64,000 nucleotides of DNA from Acidimicrobiia bacterium (GTDB taxonomy: Bacteria > Actinomycetota > Acidimicrobiia > Spongiisociales > ZC4RG35): contig DASTOM010000024.1 of assembly GCA_035762545.1 (NCBI GenBank), positions 81,559-145,558 on the forward strand, in the 5' to 3' direction. The notes beneath the pieces were generated by a model. The model did not search any database. It was given only the letters and a program-made list of their open reading frames with translations, and was not told the DNA's origin. The position numbers and the translations under genes were made by a program. Every line of letters starts with the position of its first letter. Position 1 is the stretch's first letter. This document shows, one piece after another, positions 57,212-64,000 of this stretch.

Positions 57212-58879
57212 CTACAAATCCTCGAAGGGGTCCTCCGGGCCGTCGTAGTCGGTGGGACGAACCGCCTCGGAGGCACGGGTTGCCCAGGCGGGGAAGGGGA
57301 ACTCGAGCACCAGAGGAACCGGTAGCTCGGGCTGGCTGAGGATCATCGTCCCCGGTTTCACGATCGTCGCTCGCTGACGGTGGGGACCGGGGAGGAATCC
57401 GTACTCCTCACGTGACGCCTCGGCGGAATCGAGACGTCCCACCACCCGGATCGAGCTGTTGGCGATGATGCGACGCTCCACCTCGGATGCAGTCTGCTGG
57501 GCTCCGATCAGGATGACACCCAATGACCTGCCCCGTTCGGCGATGTCCAACAGGATCTCTTTGATCGGGCTCGAGCCTTCCCGGGGGGCGTACTTGTTGA
57601 GTTCGTCGAGGACCACCATCATCAATTCGTCCGCCTGACCGGCACGCTCCTTGTCCTCGAATGCCCGCTTCAGGGTCACACCCACCACGAATCGCTTGGC
57701 CCGATCGTTGAGGTTGTGCAGGTCGACCACCGTCACTTGGTGGTGCAACCCGATTCGGTGTCGTTCCGGGTCGGCGACATCGGCCCGGATCAGCCGACCC
57801 AGGTGGCGTACAGACGCTTGCAGACGACGGACGAATGCGTTGACGGTCCCGATCCCGATCGCCGGCCCGGCCCACTGGTACCGGTGCTCTTCGCTCTGCA
57901 CCCGCTCGGTGATGAGGTCGGCCAACTCACGGAACGTCCGCACCCTGACGCCGTCGATCACGGCCGCACCGGTCTCAGTCAGATCGGCCTGGCGCAGTTG
58001 CGCCATCACGTTGTAGACGACGGTGGTGTATTGGGCCCGGTCGTCCTCGGCGTCGGCGAACAGGAACGGAAGGAGATCGTCGACGCAGAACTCGTGGATG
58101 CTCCAGAAGAACGACGTCACGTCCGACCGGGAGGCGACATCGGCCGTTGCCCTGGGATCGTCGATGCGAGGCGGGGCGAACAACCCGACCGAGTCGAAAG
58201 GGTTGCTGGGAAGCCCAAGGTCGGCGTAACGGGAACGCTGCTCCTCGTCGAGGCGGTTGTTGACCCGGTCGAGATGCAGAAGGTCTTCGCCCTTGACGTT
58301 GAACACCAACGCTTTGGTGTTGACAGCGGCGGGGCCCAACACTCCCGAGGTGAAAAGAGAGTGGAGCAGGAAGGTTGCGTAGCTGGTCTTGGTTGCCACA
58401 CCGGAGATGCCGGAGATGTTGATGTGCGCCCCTCGCTCACCGTTGATGAACTCGAGGTTGACCCACAGCGGCTCACCGTTGCGTGCCAGACCCACCGGCA
58501 GCTTGCGTTCCATGCGGTCGAAGAACAGCGCCCGGTCGCGTTCTTCGCCCTGGGCCACCCGCACCTCCTGTCCTGGTCTTGGCGGGACGAAGACCTCGGG
58601 CTCGAAACGGGTGGCGGTGACCTGGGCGGCCTCGGTGACCTCGGCGGGGAGGATGCCTTCCTCGATGAGGAACACATCAGAGTCGAAACGAGCTCCCTCG
58701 TGCCGGGCAACTACCTGTCCCACGGTGCCGTACATGCGCACCACCTCGCCGGTGGGCAGCACCCGCTCCAGTGCGACGACGTCGTCGAGCTGCAGGTACT
58801 CGCCTTCGCCGACACCCACCCAGAACTCGAGTGGCGTGGCGTCCCTGGTTCCCAGGACTCTCCCGACCGAATCAGCCAT
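57212..58879 (-). CDS. HerA-like ATPase (FtsK/HerA superfamily, DUF87-type)
   Basis: N-terminal HAS-barrel-like segment MADSVGRVLGTRDATPLEFWVGVGEGEYLQLDDVVALE. Deviant P-loop INISGISGVATKTS. Walker B MMVVLDELNKY. FtsK/HerA-type C-terminal block LGVILIGAQQTASEV...SIRVVGRL. The ORF-track extension 58880..59359 is rejected. Confidence 0.65.
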   Translation of the reverse strand: MADSVGRVLGTRDATPLEFWVGVGEGEYLQLDDVVALERVLPTGEVVRMYGTVGQVVARHEGARFDSDVFLIEEGILPAEVTEAAQVTATRFEPEVFVPPRPGQEVRVAQGEERDRALFFDRMERKLPVGLARNGEPLWVNLEFINGERGAHINISGISGVATKTSYATFLLHSLFTSGVLGPAAVNTKALVFNVKGEDLLHLDRVNNRLDEEQRSRYADLGLPSNPFDSVGLFAPPRIDDPRATADVASRSDVTSFFWSIHEFCVDDLLPFLFADAEDDRAQYTTVVYNVMAQLRQADLTETGAAVIDGVRVRTFRELADLITERVQSEEHRYQWAGPAIGIGTVNAFVRRLQASVRHLGRLIRADVADPERHRIGLHHQVTVVDLHNLNDRAKRFVVGVTLKRAFEDKERAGQADELMMVVLDELNKYAPREGSSPIKEILLDIAERGRSLGVILIGAQQTASEVERRIIANSSIRVVGRLDSAEASREEYGFLPGPHRQRATIVKPGTMILSQPELPVPLVLEFPFPAWATRASEAVRPTDYDGPEDPFEDL

Positions 58880-58915
58880 CTCCCGCGAGCGTAGATACCG
58901 GGGGCGACAGATCCG

Positions 58916-60016
58916 GTGAGCCTCGTCGTGTTCCCTTTCAAGGAGGAGGACGTCTCCGTGGTGGCCGCCAATTTGAAGACCGCCGCCGCACACGACCGGG
59001 TCGACGAGGTGTGGGCCGTTGCCGCGGCTGAGGGGGCGGCGATGGCTGACGTCGACGAAGCCGCGACTGAGGTGGCGACGGCGATTGGCACTCCGGTGTC
59101 GGTGTTCCCTCAGGAGCGGATCGGGATCTACCGATCCGGCAAGGGCGACGGGATGAACACTGCGATTGCCTTGGCAGCAGAGCGAGGCTTCGACCGGACT
59201 CACTTCTACGACGCAGACATCACCAACTTCGACACGACGTGGATCGACGGAGCGGAACATGCAGCAGACAGGGGCTATGGCGTGGTCCGTCACCGCTTTC
59301 CCCGGGCGGCGACCGACGCCATGATCACCTGGATGGTGACCCGACCCGGACTGGCACACCGATTCCCCGGAACCCTGCTCCCCCGGCTCGGACAGCCGCT
59401 CGGAGGCGAGATCCTCCTCAATCGGGACGCCGTCGAGGCGCTAGCGGGCAAGAAGAGCGTGCGCCAGCGTTCGGATTGGGGCATCGACACAGTGATCACC
59501 CACGCCACGGCGCTACTCGACCTCGGTATCTACGAGCACAACGCGCCCGACGGGAAGCGCCACGCTCTCTATGGCTCGCTCACCGATATACGGGACATGG
59601 TCCTCGAGTGCCTCGACGCCGTGGCCCGACTCGAAGGAGCACCGGACCCGGCGGTCGGCTTCGATTCCGACCCGCCCTCCGAGGTTCCGGCCGACCTCAA
59701 GGAGACAGTGGCGTACGACGTATCGGCGACGCGACGATCGATCGACCAGCCGATCTCGGAGGAAGAACGCGCCATCTTCCACTCCCTGGGACTCGATCCC
59801 AGCGGCCCGATCGTGGTCGATGACCGTTTGTGGAAGCGGCTCCTCCCCCAGCTCCTGGTCAGGTTCGACCTCACCGACCACGCTTGGCGTGGTGTCGTCT
59901 TTCGGCTCTGGGTCGAACGGGTGATCCATTACACGACACATCAGGTTCCACTGGGATACGACGCTGCGATGGTGTACCTCGAAGAGACGGTGCAGGCGTT
60001 CGAGCACCCGGGATGA
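58916..60016 (+). CDS. Glycosyltransferase resembling glucosyl-3-phosphoglycerate synthase (GT81 family)
   Basis: Alignable by eye to the mycobacterial GpgS layout: N-terminal VVFPFKEEDVSVV, GKGDGMNTAIALAAERG, then FYDADITNFDT, and a C-terminal region with R.PLL..L....GGE.LL.R. Confidence 0.45.
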   Translation: MSLVVFPFKEEDVSVVAANLKTAAAHDRVDEVWAVAAAEGAAMADVDEAATEVATAIGTPVSVFPQERIGIYRSGKGDGMNTAIALAAERGFDRTHFYDADITNFDTTWIDGAEHAADRGYGVVRHRFPRAATDAMITWMVTRPGLAHRFPGTLLPRLGQPLGGEILLNRDAVEALAGKKSVRQRSDWGIDTVITHATALLDLGIYEHNAPDGKRHALYGSLTDIRDMVLECLDAVARLEGAPDPAVGFDSDPPSEVPADLKETVAYDVSATRRSIDQPISEEERAIFHSLGLDPSGPIVVDDRLWKRLLPQLLVRFDLTDHAWRGVVFRLWVERVIHYTTHQVPLGYDAAMVYLEETVQAFEHPG

Positions 60017-60019
60017 GTC

Positions 60020-60850
60020 CTAGCCCGCGGCGATGACCGCCAGAGCCGCGAGCGTGAGCACGAGACCCAGGATCTGACGTCCCCGCAAGTGCTCTGCGTT
60101 GACGATACGGGCCATCAGGACCGTCACCGCCGGATAGAACGAGGCCGCCACCGCAACCGGAGCCAGCGAGCCCAGTCGCAGGGCGAGCAGAAGGGTGACG
60201 TTCCCGGAGACGTCGAGCAACCCGTTGCCGAGGATGATCGCCTTGGGAATCGATGAGAACCCGCTGACCCGCCACACGCCGAGGAGAGCGATCAATGAGA
60301 TGGCCAGCATGGTGGCGGCGCGGGCCGGGATCAGCGGGAGCAGCGCCGACGCCTCGGAGGTTTGGTCGAGGAGAACGGTGTACACGCCGAATCCGAGCCC
60401 GGCCGCCAGGCCGTACCAGACACCTCCCAACGGAACGTCGCCCGGTTCTCCCACCCAAGAACAGAGCACGATGGCCGGGATGGCCACAACGACCCCCACC
60501 CAGGTCAACGTGGAGATCGGATCACCTGTCAGCACGGCGACACCGACTGGCACGATCCCACCGAAGGCCGCCGCCGCTGGCGCTACCGCCGCCGCCTGGC
60601 CGCGGCCGAGGCCGGCGAACAGCGACACCAACCCCAAGGCCCCGGCCGATCCGCCCGCCGCTCCCAGCCAGAGGTCGGACGGTTGTGCATCGCCGCCGGT
60701 CAGCAGTGCCACTATCAAGATCAGCGGGAACGAGACGAGCCCGGCCCACAGCACGACCGTGGCCGCGGAGACCCGTTTGGCGCCCTCGCCACCCAAGAAG
60801 TCACCCACTCCGTAGAGGAGCGAGCTCAGCCCGCCGAGTAGGACTCCCAA
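60020..60850 (-). CDS. DMT/EamA-like membrane transporter
   Basis: 10-TM Gly/Ala-rich hydrophobic protein with duplicated halves. Confidence 0.55.
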   Translation of the reverse strand: MGVLLGGLSSLLYGVGDFLGGEGAKRVSAATVVLWAGLVSFPLILIVALLTGGDAQPSDLWLGAAGGSAGALGLVSLFAGLGRGQAAAVAPAAAAFGGIVPVGVAVLTGDPISTLTWVGVVVAIPAIVLCSWVGEPGDVPLGGVWYGLAAGLGFGVYTVLLDQTSEASALLPLIPARAATMLAISLIALLGVWRVSGFSSIPKAIILGNGLLDVSGNVTLLLALRLGSLAPVAVAASFYPAVTVLMARIVNAEHLRGRQILGLVLTLAALAVIAAG

Positions 60851-61273
60851 CTAGTCGGAGACTCCAGAAGCCCCCATCGACGTGAGCACGTATCTGATGG
60901 CGGCGGCTTCCTCTTCCAGCGACTCTCGGTCGACCGAGCTCGCCGCGTTCCCGAAGTCGAGGTCGGTGACGCTGTCGATCGGCACGAGATGGATGTGGAG
61001 ATGAGGTACTTCGAGACCGGCGATCATCAACCCGACTCTCGCCGGAGCATGCACCTCGTGAATGGCCTTCCCGATCTCCTGGGACACTCCCGTCAGGTGA
61101 TTCCGCAGGTCGGCCGGACAATCCAGCCAGTGATCGACCTCGTCTCGGGGGACCACGAGGACGTGACCCGGCCGGAGCGGATTGATCGACATGAACGCCA
61201 CACACGTGTCGTCGCGCCAAACGAACGTCCCGGGGATCTCGCCATCGATGATCCTGGTGAACAGTGTCGGCAT
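60851..61273 (-). CDS. HIT family protein (histidine triad nucleotide-binding)
   Basis: Histidine triad HLHIHLV. Confidence 0.85.
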   Translation of the reverse strand: MPTLFTRIIDGEIPGTFVWRDDTCVAFMSINPLRPGHVLVVPRDEVDHWLDCPADLRNHLTGVSQEIGKAIHEVHAPARVGLMIAGLEVPHLHIHLVPIDSVTDLDFGNAASSVDRESLEEEAAAIRYVLTSMGASGVSD

Positions 61274-61283
61274 GCCGGCGAGG

Positions 61284-62465
61284 TTATCGAACAGGAACTA
61301 CCTTCAAGACCCGGTCCGTGGTGAGCACGTACATCTCACCGAAGAAGTCCATGCCGAAGCTGGCGACGTTGCCGGCGACCCCAACCTGGTCGGTCCAGTC
61401 GGTTTGATCCACCGCCTCCCCGTTCTCGAAACGGAATGAGCGCAGGTAGCCACCGCAGTAGTCCGAGTAGAAGTAATGCCCGTCGAGTTCGGGGATCTCG
61501 AGACCCCGATAGAGGACTCCCCCTGTGATCGAGCAGGTTCCGGCATCTCCATGAGCCACCTCGATCACGGGCAGGGTCAACCCCGTGGTGTCACAGCCTG
61601 AGGACGGGCTGAAGCAATGCAGCCCTTCGGTGATCGGCCAGCCATAGTTGATGTCGGGCTCGATCGGCGCCACGTTGACCTCCTCGAATGCGTTCTGTCC
61701 GACGTCGGCTATGTAGACGAGACCGCTCGGGTTGTCCATCCAAAACCGCCAGGGGTTGCGCAGTCCGTACTGGAACAGCGTGGCGTCGCCGGTGAATGGC
61801 GAGATGAGGACGAGGCCCGCGAGCAGGGTGTCCCGATTTTGACCGTGACCGAAGGCGTCGTTGGACCGGCCGCCGTCGCCAAGACCCAGGTAGAGCCCAT
61901 CGGGGCCCCAGGCCAGCATCCCCCCGTTGTGGTTGTTGGCTGGCTGATCGATCTCGAAGAGGATCTCCTCGTTGCCGAGGGATCCATCTGCCCAGGTGAA
62001 GCGGGAGACCACCGTATCGCTGCTGTTGTCGGAGTAGTGCACATAGACCTGGGTCCGGTCCTCAGAGGAGAGGATCGAGAGAAGGCCGCGCTCCCCCTCG
62101 TTGTGGACCTGCCCGCGGATGTCCAGCACCGGGGTCGATCGGATCTCGCCATCTGGTTCCATGATCCAGATCCGACCGTCCTTCGTGGCGATGAGAGACA
62201 TGCCATCCGCCCATTCCACGAGCTGGATCGGGAAGTCCATCCGAGCCACCTCCTCGTAGGCGAGACCCTGGAGAGGTGGGAGCGTGGTGGTGGTCGTCGG
62301 GGCCACAGTCGTCGTGGTCGTCGCGGGAGCCGTCGTCGAGGTGGTGGATGGCACCGTCGTGGTCTGGGGCTCTGTCGTCGTCGTTGACGGGATCGGAGCC
62401 AGTTCCTGGCTGTCTCCGCTGCAGGCCGCGACCACGACGAAGACGACCATGATCGCTCTACGCAT
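61284..62465 (-). CDS. PQQ-dependent sugar dehydrogenase (soluble glucose/sorbosone dehydrogenase family) lipoprotein
   Basis: Signal peptide with Cys and a Thr-rich linker (PSTTTTEPQTTTVPSTTSTTAPATTTTTVAPTTTTT). Beta-propeller SGDH blocks HNGGML and GDGG. Confidence 0.75.
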   Translation of the reverse strand: MRRAIMVVFVVVAACSGDSQELAPIPSTTTTEPQTTTVPSTTSTTAPATTTTTVAPTTTTTLPPLQGLAYEEVARMDFPIQLVEWADGMSLIATKDGRIWIMEPDGEIRSTPVLDIRGQVHNEGERGLLSILSSEDRTQVYVHYSDNSSDTVVSRFTWADGSLGNEEILFEIDQPANNHNGGMLAWGPDGLYLGLGDGGRSNDAFGHGQNRDTLLAGLVLISPFTGDATLFQYGLRNPWRFWMDNPSGLVYIADVGQNAFEEVNVAPIEPDINYGWPITEGLHCFSPSSGCDTTGLTLPVIEVAHGDAGTCSITGGVLYRGLEIPELDGHYFYSDYCGGYLRSFRFENGEAVDQTDWTDQVGVAGNVASFGMDFFGEMYVLTTDRVLKVVPVR

Positions 62466-62497
62466 CGCCGGTCACGTTATGTCTAACTTCGGGCTTT

Positions 62498-63835
<1,338 letters not shown>

Positions 63836-63845
63836 GGTCGGGTCA

Positions 63846-64000
63846 TGGACGAGAACGGCTTTCAGGACTTCGATGACACCCCGAAACAGCCGCTTCCACC
63901 TATGCCGGTCGAACGGCAAGGGATCCCTTGGGGTGCCATTGCCCTCGGTATCTGGGCGCTCGCCTTGGTCATCTTCTCAGTTCAGAACGCCGAACACGCC
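63846..64000 (+). CDS. Small membrane protein, 3' end outside window
   Basis: ATG 63846 followed by the hydrophobic segment WGAIALGIWALALVIF. Truncated by the window edge. Confidence 0.3.

Noticed and set aside
58880-59359. 160-aa N-terminal extension of the HerA-like ORF
   Set aside because: Cys/His/Arg/Gly-rich with no similarity to the HAS-barrel. It overlaps the oppositely oriented GT81-like gene start region. The conserved HerA N-terminus starts at MADSVGRVLG.

Overview
This is a high-GC (roughly 68-70%) window of actinobacterial-type chromosome, densely packed with about 58 protein-coding genes on both strands. Many adjacent genes overlap by 4 nt (ATGA/GTGA), which indicates translationally coupled operons. 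I found no rRNA, tRNA, CRISPR array or transposase. The ORF track also contains many long antisense ORFs typical of high-GC DNA, and I disregard them.

Recognisable genes, by theme:
- Sulfur-carrier activation: a 5'-truncated rhodanese-ThiF/MoeB E1-like enzyme followed by a JAMM/MPN+ (Mec-like) metalloprotease.
- Molybdenum-cofactor theme: MOSC domain protein, MogA and a CoxG/SRPBCC protein within 6.5 kb.
- A four-gene copper operon: CoxG-like protein, cupredoxin lipoprotein, NosD-like beta-helix protein with a C-terminal PLDc_N membrane domain, and a Tat-secreted two-domain multicopper oxidase.
- Central metabolism: PEP carboxykinase (ATP), D-2-hydroxyacid dehydrogenase, GpsA, YchF and glycine dehydrogenase GcvP.
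- A long minus-strand acyl-CoA cluster: MaoC dehydratase, SDR, acyl-CoA dehydrogenase, FadD-like ligase, a family III CoA-transferase and two family-5 solute-binding lipoproteins.
- Menaquinone genes menF, menD and menC, interleaved with murI, a c-type cytochrome and manC.
- Transport and other functions: an ABC-2 exporter pair, a cation/proton antiporter fused to tandem UspA domains, assorted transporters (AI-2E, EamA, MFS), a PQQ-dependent sugar dehydrogenase, a HIT protein and Mug.

The observation that most deserves a second look is an archaeal-style double-strand-break end-resection gene set:
- sbcD(Mre11)-sbcC(Rad50) sits in a tightly overlapped three-gene operon with an uncharacterised 307-aa protein that I hypothesise is a NurA-like nuclease.
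- A HerA-like FtsK/HerA-superfamily ATPase lies about 4.7 kb upstream on the same strand, so the order matches the archaeal herA-mre11-rad50-nurA arrangement.
- The intervening block looks degraded: a frameshifted DUF222/HNH (REP13E12-like) gene, a frameshifted PPOX-class gene, ORF debris and a 68-bp direct repeat.

Other notable items are an Ala/Glu/Arg coiled-coil protein encoded by tandem roughly 63-bp DNA repeats, triple hairpins and duplicated 39-bp elements between the antiporter gene and the gcvP leader, and an acyl-CoA dehydrogenase whose conserved N-terminus lacks a canonical start codon.
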